Counted from the first letter of the stretch, positions 50,760 to 63,075 are shown. The stretch is 64,000 nucleotides of DNA from Camelus dromedarius (GCF_036321535.1 NC_087436.1:121088001-121152000), one strand, 5' to 3'. The notes: a model not told the origin generated them from the sequence alone. Made by a program: numbers and translations.

Positions 50760-53030
50760 GGTTTTAGCAGGCGTGTTGCTGAGATAACGCCAGCGGAAGT
50801 TTGTTCCTTTAGTATTCCATCCCGTTGTGGGAGGGTGTCATACTTTGTTTCTCGTCCGTTCTGCTGTTGATGGAGATGTGCGTTATTTCCAGTTTGGGAT
50901 GGTGACAGCAGTTGGAAACGGCTGTGGGGAACACTCGTGCGTGCGCGCGTTTCCAGATTCTGAGCGGTGGTGGTGCGTTCGTTCAAACGCGGCAGGTGAT
51001 TCCAAATGCCTTTCCAAGGGGAGGCGCTCATTCCCACTTGGGGCGGGGCGGAGTGCGTGCTCTGTTGCCAAGCCTTGGTGTTCAGCTTTCATTGTGGACG
51101 TTCCTGCTGGTGTTGGCAGTACCTACTTAGAGAGACGCTTGTTAAATTTTAGGTGGTTTTGTGGCGGGGAGGGAGTACATTCACAGGAAATAGCCCAGGT
51201 CTTAAGTGTTCAGCCTGGGGGACAGTGCTGGTGGTTGTAATAACCTGTGTGACCGCTACTCAAAAAGAGACTCAGTATTGCCTGTGCTCCGGAAAGCCGT
51301 CCTCACCCAGGCCACCGCCTTGCGACCATCCCCCCCTCCTGCCTGTCCCTGCGTTTGCCATAGTGGAGCTAGACCGCGTGTGCCCGGCGTCCCTCAGCCG
51401 GCACTGCGCTGCCTGCGTCAGCGGTGGGGTCCCTGTGCTTGCTGACGGGCGTCCTGGTGCACAGACGGCGCCCTCTGGGGGAGGCTGGCACTTCCAGCTG
51501 TGTTGGGAGGCCAGGCCCCTTCTCCCCCTGTGTCCCAGCACCGCTTGTTATGTAGGCTTTTCCCTTTGCCAGTGGTTTGGTTTGGTGCCTTTGTCAAAAG
51601 TCAAGTGGACCTACAGCTGTAGGTCTGTTTCTGGACTCTGTTCTGTGTGTCTACCTCAGTCTGGCTTGATGACAGCAACTTTACAATAAATCTTGAAATC
51701 AGTGAGCGGTTTTCTTCCTGCTTTTAAAGATTCGCGAAAGGTCTTCCGCATTTCTGTATACGCTTCGTGTTTACGGGCGAGCTCCTGCACCGACAGGCGG
51801 GCCCTCGGTGCACGCGTCACCGGGGCGGGGCGCGCGTCTCCAGGATGCAGTCTTGCAGGGCTCACACGCGGTCCCGGCACAGGCTGCTGCCTCTGCACGG
51901 CCTCTCGTGCTTTCTTTAGGTTCAGTCCCAGGTACACGGTGTTCTGCACTCGCGCCGGCAGCATGGTTTTGTATTTCATCTTCCGATTGTTTGTTTCATG
52001 TAACAACCTCGCATCCTCTACCCTAAATTCACACTTGTTCCTGTCATCTGTGGGGACCTCCGCACTGGCCGGGTCGCCAGGCCGCCGAGGACAGTGGTGG
52101 CGGAAGAGGGCGCCCGCACCTTCACCCGCATCTGCGCGCTCGCAGGTGAGGGCCCTTTTGGGGAAAGCAGAGGTGCCGCCCTCGTCTGCTGAGTGTTTCC
52201 ATCGGAGGTGGTCGAGGACTTCGCACGCGTCTGTTGAGGAGGTTGTGAAGGCTTCCCTGCCCCTCTGCCGGGCTACCGTGGCGGGTCGCGCTGGTTGGTT
52301 CTCACGGGCTAACGTAGCCTCGCATTCCTGGGTAAATCGCACGGGTCGTGCTGACTGGCCCTTTTCTGTGGCCAGAGGAGACGCGCTGCCGCTCGGCCAA
52401 GCACTCCTGCACGCGCCCTCACGAGGGGCTCTGGCCTGTGCGCTCCCTCTGCCTGTCTGTGAAGCCTCACCCACAAGCCGGCCTCCCCAGACGGGTTGCA
52501 GCTTGGGAGAAGTGGCCCTGCTTCTGTCTTAAATGCGCAGTAGAGTTGATGGGTGAGGCCGTCCAGGCCTGGGACTTCCCTTGTGATGAGGTTCTTACTA
52601 TGAGTTCAGTTTTTAAAAATAGATAGGAGGCTGCTTTGATTTTAATATTCTTTTGTGTTTTTTAAAGGTGTGTTTGTCAAGGAATTTGATCTAAGTTGTC
52701 AAAATAACTGGCATTAGTTGTTGAAAATACCCTTTTATCTTCTTACTGCGTGTGGAATCTGTGGTTAGACCCCGCCCTTCGCACGCCTGGTGCTGGCGGT
52801 CAGAGCTCGCTCGCGCCCTCCTCTGCCCTCCCCGCCCCGCCGGTCTCACCCAGGGCTTGCCGGTTATGTGGGCGTTTTCCCCAGAGCCAGCTTTGAAGTT
52901 CATCGATTTTTGTCTGCTGCTTGTTTGTCCATTTTCTTTTTCACTGACTTCTGTTCTTACTCTCCTATTTAATTTGTGTTTAATTTGCTGTCTATGTTCT
53001 AACTTCTTGTAAGAAAAGCTTAGATCACTG
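50760..53030 (-). mobile_element. Old L1M ORF2 region, antisense, heavily diverged
   Basis: gtgcctttgtcaaaagtcaag..ggtctgtttctggactctgttctgt; tctaagttgtcaaaataactggcattagttgttg. Confidence 0.7.
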
Positions 53031-53046
53031 CAGAGTCTAGAAGAAT

Positions 53047-53167
53047 GGGGGAAGGGTGCAGCTCAGGGGCAGAGCGCACACTTAGCATGCCTGAGGTCCT
53101 GGTTCGGTCCCCGCTACCTCCATTTAAATAAATCGGTGAGTAAACCTAATCCATCCCCCCCAAAAAA
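53047..53167 (+). mobile_element. tRNA-derived SINE (camelid Vic-1-like)
   Basis: ggggaagggtgcagctcaggggcagagcgc (A box)..gaggtcctggttcggtcccc (B box), acctccatttaaataaat..taaacctaat..cccccc, A tail. Confidence 0.82.
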
Positions 53168-53229
53168 GTTACGAGATATAAGTAAATAAGCAAACCCAGT
53201 CACTCCTCTTCCCGCAAAATAAAGGCGAA

Positions 53230-53930
53230 GGCGCGCAAGGTGAAGCTGAAAGCAGAGCTGCCGTGGGAGCCGCAGCCGCGCTGCTGGGCGTCGATCGGGA
53301 GAAAACGGAAACGCTCACTCACGCCGCCCACGTGCCCTGTGTCCGCTGCAGCGTGATGCCCTGCATCCAGGAGGCAGAAGCCCCTGAGTGCCCGTCGATG
53401 GACGCGTGGATAGGCCGATGTGGTGTGTGTGCGCACACGTACACACGCGCAGTGCCACATGGCCGCTGAAGAAACGAACCCCTGTCATCTGCAGCTTCAC
53501 GGATGGACCCAGAGGCCGCCGCGCTGAGTGAGAGGAGACAGGCACGTGCATGACCTCACTCACACGGGGAAGCTTCCAGAGGAGAGACGTGAGCTTGGCA
53601 CAGAGCAGACCTGTGGCTGCAGAGGTGGACGGCGGGCAGTGGCGATGTGGGTGCAGGGGCCAAAAGGTGCAAACTTCCAGTTAGAAGTGGAGTCTCGAAG
53701 GTTGTGTGTAGCATGGCGCCTGCAGGTCACAGCCCCAGATTTACACTGCAGGTCGCTAGCAAGTTGGTCTTTAGAGATCCTATCACAAGGGGAAAAAGTC
53801 TGTAACTGTGAGGGGGGTGTTCACTGGGCTCACTGTGGGGTCATCTCACAATATACACAAATACCGAACCCTTACGTTGTCCGCCTAAACTCACGTCGTG
53901 GTATTTGTCAGTTACACCTCAGTAAAAAAG
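53230..53930 (+). mobile_element. L1MA-type 3' end, strongly GC-shifted in its 5' half
   Basis: caaaaggtgcaaacttccagtta..tcacaatatacacaaatacc..tgtcagttacacctcagtaaaaaa. Confidence 0.78.
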
Positions 53931-54456
53931 TAATGCGATGTTCAGTCCAACCGTGGTATCTCAGAGCCGAGACGCTGGGGTCGGGGAGGCAGGGGGAGGA
54001 TGCCTCTGCCGGGTCGTGTCCAGCGCCCTGCGCAGCCTCCTGCGGGCCAGCTCAGGCCTAAGGAGGGTCCCACCCGGGGACCTGAGGGCAGAGGGGCCAT
54101 GAGGATGTGAGGGGGATGGGACATGAATGAAGGCAGGGGGAAGAGCAGTGGCAGGTGTCGCTGCAGGGGCGCCCCTGCCCTCTCAGCAAAGGCGGCGTCC
54201 CTTCCCCAGCTCGAGCCTGTGTACGTGTGCCTTGGCCCTGGCGGCTGTAGCGGCTTGGCAGAGGTAACCCCAACGAATCGGGCCACCAAGTGCTGGCTTC
54301 ACAGCTCCGGAGGAGGGGAGGTGTTTGGCCCCACTTGGCCCTGCCTGGCCACCATCCATCAGAACAAACCCCTGCCCTCAGCCTCGGCTGGCACCCTCAC
54401 TCCAGGCCCCTCCCAGCCTCCAGAGCACCTGCTCCCCGATGGCCGCTCTCATGGTG

Positions 54457-54632
54457 CCCTTGGCTGGGCCCGCCTGACCCTGCAGGGAACTACTCTGTTC
54501 CTCACAGACATGTGCCCAAGCAGGGGATCCACAGGAGACCCCTTGGCTGGGCCCGCCTGACCCTGCAGGGAGCTACTCTGTTCCTCACAGCCATGTGCCC
54601 AAGCGGGGGGTCCACAGGAGACCCCTTGGCTG
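54457..54632. repeat. Tandem duplication, 83-bp unit x ~2.1
   Basis: Units start at 54457, 54540 and 54623; 4 mismatches between the two full copies. Confidence 0.95.
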
Positions 54633-56033
54633 CCTGCAGGGCAGAGGGCAGGGATGGCAACCCTTCCTGGACACGTCGCACATCTGTGACCTGACCCCAT
54701 GTTAGCTTTGTGAAAACACAGCAGGCTCATCCCATTTTGAAAAATAGGAGACCCCAGACACCAGCCCCTCGAGGTCACAGGTAAGGCCTGGGACCCCTAG
54801 TTGCCCAGCCCTAAGCTGACACGTGTGGCCTGCCCAGGGCACGGAGGTCGGCCCCCTGCACCTGCAGGACCTTGGCCAGCTGGAGCCCTCGACTGGGGCA
54901 CACTGGCTGTGCTTTGCCACCACGTACACCTGAGAAGGCAAGTCCCGCTACCCTGGCATCTCATCCAGGGCGTGTGAGATCCTGACCTGCCTGTGGGGCG
55001 GCCCCTTGGCCTTTGCACCCCAGGCGGGACATTTGCCTCCACGGACTCGGTGGGGAAGGGGACTGGACTTCTGGGCCCACTAACCCAAGGGGCCCCCACT
55101 GAGAAGGAGGGCCTGTGGGGTGTGAGCTGTGTGTGCTCCCCATGGGCATGCTGACCACGCCCACTGGGTCCTGGGTGGGGTCCCTGGAGGCGGGCAGGGT
55201 AGGATGGGTCTGCGTGGCCGTGGTTGGAGCCCCACCAGGCAGGGCAGAGCGCCATCTCATGTCCGAGACCAGGGTAGGAGTGCCCGGCCCGGCCCGGCCT
55301 TCCTGTCGTGCTACATACGGCCCAGGGAGCAGGAGGCCCACCCCCAGTTCTGGGAACCTCCCAGCCTCCAGGACCCCATCAGCCAGTGGAGCCAGGACCA
55401 CCCCTCCCATCCGCTGAATCATGGAAATGCCATCTGACCCCCAAGGCCACCAGGAGGTCTAACCCCAGCCCAGCCCCTCTGTGTGTCTGGACGGCAGCGA
55501 GCGGGCGCCTTGCCCTCAGGAACAACGCGTGACTGACGGTGGAGCAGGAGCCATCGATTTTAAACCGTTTGCAGGACAGATGGGTCCGAAGAAGGGGGCG
55601 GTCGGTCCAGGCACGGGCAGCGGTGAATAGGATGGGGACGGCCGGGGCCCCGCGGAGGGCGTGGGGGGTCCAGGTGCTCAGGTGGTGCGATGCGTCGCCT
55701 TCACTGGGTGGTCACCACCTCCAGGGCCGGAAACTGCTCACCCGGTGCTGAGACGCTGCACCAGGTCCAACCGGAGCCACCCAGCATCTGTCCAGGTGGC
55801 GCTTCCCGCCGGCCTGGGGGCCAGAGTGGACGTCAGAGGAAGGGCGGGCTCTGGGCACCAGAGACTCGGGAGGTTCTAGGTGGGAGGTCAGGAGCCCCAG
55901 AACCGTCCACCCGCCTGCACCAGGGCTCAGGGCAGCTCGCCCACCCTCTGCTCGGAGCCTGACCGGCAGGATACAACAGAGATGCCATGGGGCCGCTCCC
56001 TCGGGGCATCGGTCGTGGTGGAGTCCAGCCACC

Positions 56034-56170
56034 TCACCGCGGGACCCCCTTCCGCCTCTGCTCCAGGTCGTGCAGCCGCTCCTTCCTGATGTGTGCATGC
56101 AGGGCCCCCGCCCTGTGGGCCGCCTCGGTGGCCAGGATGTCGATCTGCGCGTAGCGGGAGGCTCCGGCCC
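56034..56170 (-). CDS. DOK7: DOK7 long-isoform terminal exon C: (G)AGASRYAQIDILATEAAHRAGALHAHIRKERLHDLEQRRKGVPR-stop
   Basis: Acceptor ctgcttgcag, phase 1 joins exon B, TGA at 56036-56034; YAQIDIxATE matches recalled DOK7 extended tail. Confidence 0.8.
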
Positions 56171-56429
56171 CTGCAAGCAGCCCGAGGTGAGCCGCCGCGC
56201 ACCCTGCCCGCCCCGGGACCCCACCTGGGGCACACTGGGCCTGGACGAGGAGACAGGCTGGGGCTGCACCCACCCCGCTCACCCGCGAGGGCCCAAGCGC
56301 CAGGGTCAGCGGGAGGAAGGATGGGGCAATTGGGGAGCCCCTGGCTGAGGGCCAACATGCCCAGGGTTCAGGTCCCCGAGGCCCCCAGTGCCACAGGCCA
56401 AGCACCCCCATCAGGCCCGTGGGACCCAC

Positions 56430-56558
56430 CTCGGATGCCCGCACTGGCCGCCTGCAGCTGCAGCCCCAAGTAGTGCAGCTGCTGTGGGGAGGAGGGGCTG
56501 ACAGGGACATTCACGTAGGTGTGCGCCTCACTGCGTGGCCCCTCAGGCCCCGGGGCTC
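56430..56558 (-). CDS. DOK7: DOK7 long-isoform alternative 3' exon B (129 nt): APGPEGPRSEAHTYVNVPVSPSSPQQLHYLGLQLQAASAGIR
   Basis: Acceptor ccccacag, donor GTGGGT, phase 1-1, open frame; TYVNxPVSPSS..LHYxGL matches recalled DOK7 extended tail. Confidence 0.8.
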
Positions 56559-59500
56559 CTGTGGGGTCGAGCGACCACACTCTTCTGTCTTTGGACCCCG
56601 GCCCCAACCCTCCGCCATCTCTCCCGGTCACTTATTCCTCAGCTCCCCAGTTCCCTGCCCCTCCCTGGCAGGACGCCCTGCCCTGTCCACGCCCCAGCCC
56701 TCCCCCTCAGCTGTCCTCCTGGGTCACCACCCCACCCCCGCTCCAGGCTTCCAGGACCCTCTCTGGACTGGTGAATCCCCACAGGGCATCCTTCCCCGAA
56801 CGTAGGCCCATACTTCCATCCACAGTGACACGTCCTTCTCGATGGTCCCCAGCACTTCAAGCCCCTCTTCTGCCCAAGAAACCGCCCCCTGCCCATTTCC
56901 TAGAAGTAGATGCTCTCACCCTGCACACCCCACTGGCACATGGGGCAGACGCAACAGGAGCAGGGGTGGGGACCCAGAATGCCTGGACCCACACCCGACC
57001 CACCTTTTCTGACCTGCCTGAGAGCCTGTCCACTGGGCACAGGGTCCCGCGGGGAAGGATTCCAGGCGCCATCTAGCCCCTTACCAGCAGCCTCCTCCAC
57101 ACGCCTGCCCTCTGGATCCCGCCGGGCACAGGCACATGGGGTAGGGGCCCAACACCACATCAAGAGGCAAATGCCAAGTTCCTCCCTCTTCCCTGAGGGC
57201 CTGATCCTAGGACACGGCCAGGTCTAGGGACTTGGACAAATTGGCTGGCCAGCTCCCTGCCCCAGGGGGATTCAGGGGTGGGGCTCAGGTGGATGGTGGG
57301 ATTCAGGGGGGATGGGATTTTTGGGGGGTGGGATTCAGGTGGGGAATTGAAACACCCACAGGTCAGCCTGTCTGAGCCACTGCCCACCTGTCCCAGGAAG
57401 GCAAGCCGGAGCCTGGGGAGGGTCCTGGTTCTGCCAGCGGCGGGTACTGGAGGACCAGCCAGCCCAGGGGCTTCAGTGGGCAGACCCTACCTCATTCACC
57501 GTCTTGTCCTGGCACCGGACACCACTGTGGGGCACCTTCTGAAGGCCCCTGCCTGCACAGAAGCCTTTCACCTCATCCCTTCTCTGCCCCAGCAAGGCCT
57601 GCGGGGCTCCTGCTTGCTCAGTGGGGACACTGGGGTCAGAGAGACCGAGGTCCCGATTGGGCCAGGTCCACCTGGGTTCACCCAGGTGATGCCTGGAACC
57701 AGTGCAGGTGACACGGTTCTCTCCCTGCTCTCGCCCCGCCTCGCCCAGCTTCGGGGCCCCGGAGGACAGGACCCCCCTCAGTTGATGCCACGTCCCCTGT
57801 GCTGAAACATAATACATCACACAGACGCCTGGGGCCGGCTGAAGGCTGCTTGCTGTTCCCGCTTGTTCTTCTTACTGACCCCGCAGGGGGACCTTGGAGG
57901 GTTCACGGGCAGACAGGCTGCACTTTGGTGCCAATGCCCAGGCTGGGGGAGGGGGCTCCCAGGAGCTGCCTCAGACCCCCCCAAGGAGCCCTGCGCCCAC
58001 CTCCAGAGACTTGGAATCAGAACCCCTCTTGAAGGAGGACCCACCGCCCTGATCCAGAGGGTCCCCTGCAGTGTCAGTGGTCAGGGAGGGAAGGAGGGAG
58101 GCTTTGCCTGGACACAGGGTGACCAGCATCCTGAGGGGTTCCTGGGAGGCGAGACTTTTAGGGCTAAAGCCAGCAAGGTCCAGTCAAACCAGGACAGAGC
58201 AGGGCACCCCCACCGAGACCGCTGCCCCCCGCAGGGAGCACAGGCAAGGGCCGTCCGACCATCTAGCGTCCAGGCCAGGGCCACACGGGGCCCTGGCTGC
58301 CCGGGGCCACACGGGGCTTGTCGGGGTCACAGAGCTGGCCTTGCCCTATGAACTGGCTAAGAGTTTTCAACACCCAGAAAATCTCCACTCCGAGGTGAGG
58401 GGTTTCTGTAAACCCACTGCATCACAGCTCCCAGACTCCATCACAGCAAAAGTCCTCCACCCTCGAGGCCCAGCGGACCAGCCGAGGAAGGGCTTAGGCA
58501 GGTGGCACAGAGCCAGAGCCCCCACCCGCCCCAGGCAGAACTGGGTCACACTGTGTCCACGTGGGCTCCAAGCACCCAGCCATACACCCAGCAAACCGGG
58601 CGAGGCCCCCACCCTGACCAGGCCCAGTGGACACCGGCCCACAGAAGGGCAGATGCAGACCCTCTCCCACGTAGCCCGAGATAACAGGCAGAGGTGCCCA
58701 GGGCAAAATCCCTGCAGGCTGCCTGGAGAAGGGGGCATGTCCCGAGGGGTGGAGGACAAGAAGGGCTGGCAGGTAAAGCAGGAGGCAAAGGCCTGGTTGG
58801 AGCTGGGAGAGCCCGTCGGGGGCTGACACTAGTCTGAGGGGTGCTAGCAAGGAGGCCTGGCCTCCACACAGGGGCCTCTGAATGCCTAAAGGATAACCGG
58901 GGTTTGACCTGGGGTCAGGGGTACAAGCTCCCGCAGCACAGCAGCTAGTTTTATGACCTGTGTCTTCCACAGCGGAAGCAGGAGAGCAGGCGGAGGGCTC
59001 TGGGCAGCCCAGCACCGGCAGGGTCGTGCCGGGCAGCCCAGGAAGGCTGCTCCATCCCGCCCCAGCCTCCGGCAGTGCCCTGGGAGGCAGCAGTGCCCCT
59101 CCGGTGGCTGCTCCCCGGCCCTCGCTCCACAGGCTGTCCTTCGCCTCCTCTCCTCCCTCAGTTCCAGCTTCTTGTCAGCATCTCAGGAGCTGCCTCAAAC
59201 ACTCTCCGGGCCAAGCAGAGACCAGGTGGGCCTCTCCCTAGGTGGCCACCCTGAGTGCCCCACCCATCACTGTGGTTCTGGCCACACTGTCTGGGGTCCC
59301 ATTCATCTCTGTTCCCCCTAGACCCAGGCCCCTCCTCCCCAAGGTGCCCACCCCGGAGGAAAGGTTCCATGTCTTCCAGCAAATCCTGACTCACCTCTGT
59401 CCCCCTGTCCCCTTCCCGTTCCCAGGGACACACACTGTGTCTGGGTAAAAAAAATGAGTAGCGGGTGGCCAGCAGGAGGGAGGCATCCAGGACTGTCGGG

Positions 59501-60402
59501 GCAGACCATCCATTTCCTGGTGTTGTCAGGGATGGTCCTCACGGCCCCATCCTGAACGAGGGAACCCCAAGGCCAGCCAGGATGGGGTGTCCCTGTGACC
59601 CCTGTCTGACTCTGGATGCCCACGGCCTTCCCCTCCCACCTCTCCCCCTAGAATGTCCACCCTGGACAGGCCTGCTTGGCCTGCATCTGGCCCCAGACAG
59701 GCACCCTGCACCTCTGAAGAGGAGATGAAAAGCTCTAAGCTCATTAGGGCCCCACCCCAGTCTGGAAAATGAGGCTCAGAGCCGACCCCTGACCTCTAGC
59801 CACCCCTCCCCACGCTGCCCAAGGCCAGCCTGCCCTAAACTTCAGCCTCTCCCAGCCTCCCAGGCCTTCCCCTGGTCAGAGCAGTGTCTGCCCAGCTGTC
59901 ATCTGTGAACAAGGCTTCTCCAGGGAGACCCCAAGTCTCCCTTCTCCCTGCCTGGGCCTCCCCTACCATGGTCACCAATGCCCTGCCAGTTCCTGGGAGT
60001 CCTGAACCATCCTTCACCTCTGTGCTCTGTTGCCTTGAGGACAAGGCTCCTTTTTACAAGCTGAGGCTTCTGGCCCCGCCCACTCCATCCACACACCCGT
60101 CCGGGCAGGCTGGCCACTCCTAGCCACCCTGCCCTCAACTCGCTGCCTGGCCCCGCCCCGCCTCAGCCAGGGTTCACGCGGCTACACACTGTCGCCCTGC
60201 TGCCCACTGTCACCCCTCCCCACTGACACCCCACTGTCCACTGTCACCCCCTCCCCAGCATCAGCCGCCTCCCACTGACCCTGCTCCCCACTGCTGTCCT
60301 ATCTGGTACAGACTTTCCGGCGGGGCTGTGACTGCAGCCACTCTGACCCCACCTCCCTTGACCCGTGGCTGTTTGAGAGCTGGTTCCAAAGACGAGGCCT
60401 AC

Positions 60403-60445
60403 CTGAATGCGTCACCGGGACCCCAGGGGGAGAGGCAGCGGCTCC
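60403..60445 (-). CDS. DOK7: DOK7 long-isoform alternative 3' exon A (43 nt): GAAASPPGVPVTHS
   Basis: Strong acceptor ttctctttgctctag, donor GTAGGC, phase 0-1; resembles my recollection of the human DOK7 extended isoform (GAAASAPG...HS); DOK7-LRPAP1 tail-to-tail synteny. Confidence 0.75.
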
Positions 60446-62769
60446 CTAGAGCAAAGAGAACCCGTGTCAGTCTGTCCATCCTGCTCCTGCTCACCCTGCT
60501 CCCAGCCCGAGAGCCCGGATGCTCCCCAAGAGCGGCCCGGGGCCCGGCCGCCCTGACACACACGTGGCCCTGTTTGCGGTGGGGCTTCGGCGGCCCAGGC
60601 CCCAGGCCAAGCCCAGAGCGGCCCGTTCTTGTAAACCGCGCTGCAGGCGCACAGCCACGCTGGGCTTTACACGCCGCTGGCTGCGCGGTCTGCTTGCAGC
60701 CGTGAGATGTGCGAGGGCTGTGACATCACTCTGGCCCTGTGCCCTGCCCCCTGCTCTGAATAGGGCACCCAGGGTGACCCCCGCCAGGGGGACCTGCAGA
60801 GTGGCTGCTTCGAGGTGCTTGACTAGGGGTCCAGAGGAAGACGGGCATTTGGTGGCCTCAGAGCTGGGGGACTGGTCTGCTGGCAGATCAGGAGGAAGGC
60901 ACGGTGGCCCACTGCTGGCACATTCACTGTCACCTGGACCTCCATCCCCCAAACCTGTGAGGAGATGGGTCCGGTCCCACCAGGGCCGGGGGCACGTGAC
61001 AGGAAAGTGCTTCCCGGGACGGTGGCCTGGCAGTGGGCCTCAGGGGCTCTGCTGGTTGGAATAGGGGTGCACAAGCCGACCCCGTCTCCAGGGGGCAACA
61101 GTGCTGCCCAGACTCCGGACACGGCTCCCTGACTCCGGTGCCGGCTGGGCTCTTGGGCACCCCGGGTTGGCCTAAATCCGTCCTCCTGTGTAAAGGAGAT
61201 CAGGCGGGCTTGGGGACTTGGGGAGGGTGTGTCTGACCTCTGACACCTGGGACAAGAGCCAACTGCCTTGAGGAACCCCCACAACTAACTGCTCAGAGCC
61301 CACCAACAGATGCCACCTGTTTGGGGGGCCAGTCCTGCAGGTGCAGCATTGAACCCAAAGGACGCAACGAGGTGCCGTGGGTCATGAGCAAATGCAGACC
61401 CTCCTGTTCACACTCCCTGGGGACCAGGACCGGGTGGGGGCAGGTGGGTGCACATGGCCCCGGGGAGGCGAGGAGGACTCTCTGGTCACCCCCAGCCCCG
61501 ACGCTCAGCAGGAAGCTCCAGGCACCTGAAAAGCCCGCTCACACTGCCCCCCTCCTGAGGAGGGGGAGCGAAGCTGGCTGCCCTCGGGGTGCAGGAGCAG
61601 GACGAAGCCGGAGCCTGTCAGGTTGTTCCCAGCCAGGAGCGCAAGGCCCAACAGTGAGCACAGGAAAGAGAGCGGATGAAGGCAAAAACGGCCTGCAGGT
61701 GTCTGTCCTGCGGCCCGCCCAGCCCCACAGGAGAGGCCCCGGGGCCCCACCCCCTCCCCGGCCACCCCGGGCTGCATGGGGAGATGCGGAGCACCCACTG
61801 GTGCTGGCAGGGCTTCCTCGCCACACTAGGTGACGGCTATTGGCTCCTCCCAGGACGGGCCCCCCACGCTGGGCGGGGACTCCATGCCAACAGCCCAGCC
61901 CCCAGCACTCAGGCCCTTGGCCATGCCACCTCCAGCCTCGGGCTGAGATCCCCCCTGGGCGGCCCACAGTTACCGCCTCCCGCCTCACCCCCCAGATGGC
62001 CCTTCCGTGAAGTCCCAGCCATCAGCCTCGGTCAAGGAGACCAGTGTTCACAGCCAGGAAGGCCCCACAGAGCACAGGACAGCAGAGCACCCAGCTCCAG
62101 CCCTCCCTGCTTCACACGGGGTGGGGGTGCTCATCACAGGGAGCGCAGCGGGCCTGGGCCTGGGCGGTGGGGCTCAGGCTGGAGTGGGCAGCCCAGCCCC
62201 CCAGGGCAACCCCCTTCCCCGAGGTACCAGCAGTGCCCTGCTCTTTCTTTTGCAGCCAGGCTGGTGGGTCTCTCTGGGGGGGTGACAGTAGGACTGAGCA
62301 CCCACCGAGCACCTACACACATTATCTAGAGGCCTCGGTGCCCAGGCAAGTGGGGCTGTTGGCCCATCTGTGGAAGAAGAAACTGAGGCTCAGACAGGAG
62401 TAGTGACTTGTGGGGGCCACCCAGCCAGTAGGCAGGGTGCCAGCTCAGCCCCCCTACACCTGTCTCTCCCCTCACTGCAGAGCCCAGCCAGACCCCCATC
62501 CTCAGCATCCACAGGGACTAGGGCTCCCCTCCCCAAAAGGGTGGTGAACAAGGGTGAAATGGGTGTGGCAGGGTGGGGCATTGCCCCCCAGGATGTGCCA
62601 GAGGACGGAGGTGGGGTCCCTGGAGCTCCACCGCCCACCTGGGGGAGCCTGGGGGGTTGGGGGCGCTCCAGGCTCAGAGCCAGGCCCCTCACTGGCCCAG
62701 AAAGTGGAGTGTCCACCCTCACCTGGACACAGGGAGTCCAAGGGACCACAGAGGACCTCCCTGAAAACG

Positions 62770-63075
62770 CCACACATGTGCACGCACACATCACCCAGAC
62801 CACACACATGCACAGGCATGCAAGCATACGTCACAACACACGTGCAACACACACATGCACACGGTACATGCACACAACACGCACAGGCGCGTGCACACAC
62901 GCAAATGCGCACACACAACACACGCCACATGCACACGCATGCCCACAAGCACGCACACACAGTGCATGCCACACCCGTGTGCACCCACCTCGCACACAAT
63001 ACACAAACATGCAGATGAACGCACACATCACAGACTGCCACACAGCACACAAACGTGCGCACATGCGCACACATG
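62770..63075. repeat. Degenerate (CA)n/(CATG)n low-complexity tract
   Basis: Direct inspection. Confidence 0.9.

Noticed and set aside
53047..53120. Functional tRNA gene
   Set aside because: Degenerate stems and boxes with a SINE-type tail; a second partial copy lies at 8261
54457..54632. CRISPR-like array or prokaryotic system
   Set aside because: Head-to-tail duplication without unique spacers; the window is mammalian with spliceosomal introns and no cas-like genes
57265..57345. G-run cluster (G-quadruplex potential), also at ~28686-28720
   Set aside because: Expected at this GC content; nothing distinguishes it from background
57388..57446. Candidate additional DOK7 exon (YPPLAEPGPSPG...)
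   Set aside because: 59-nt length is not frame-compatible with the neighbouring phase-1 junctions
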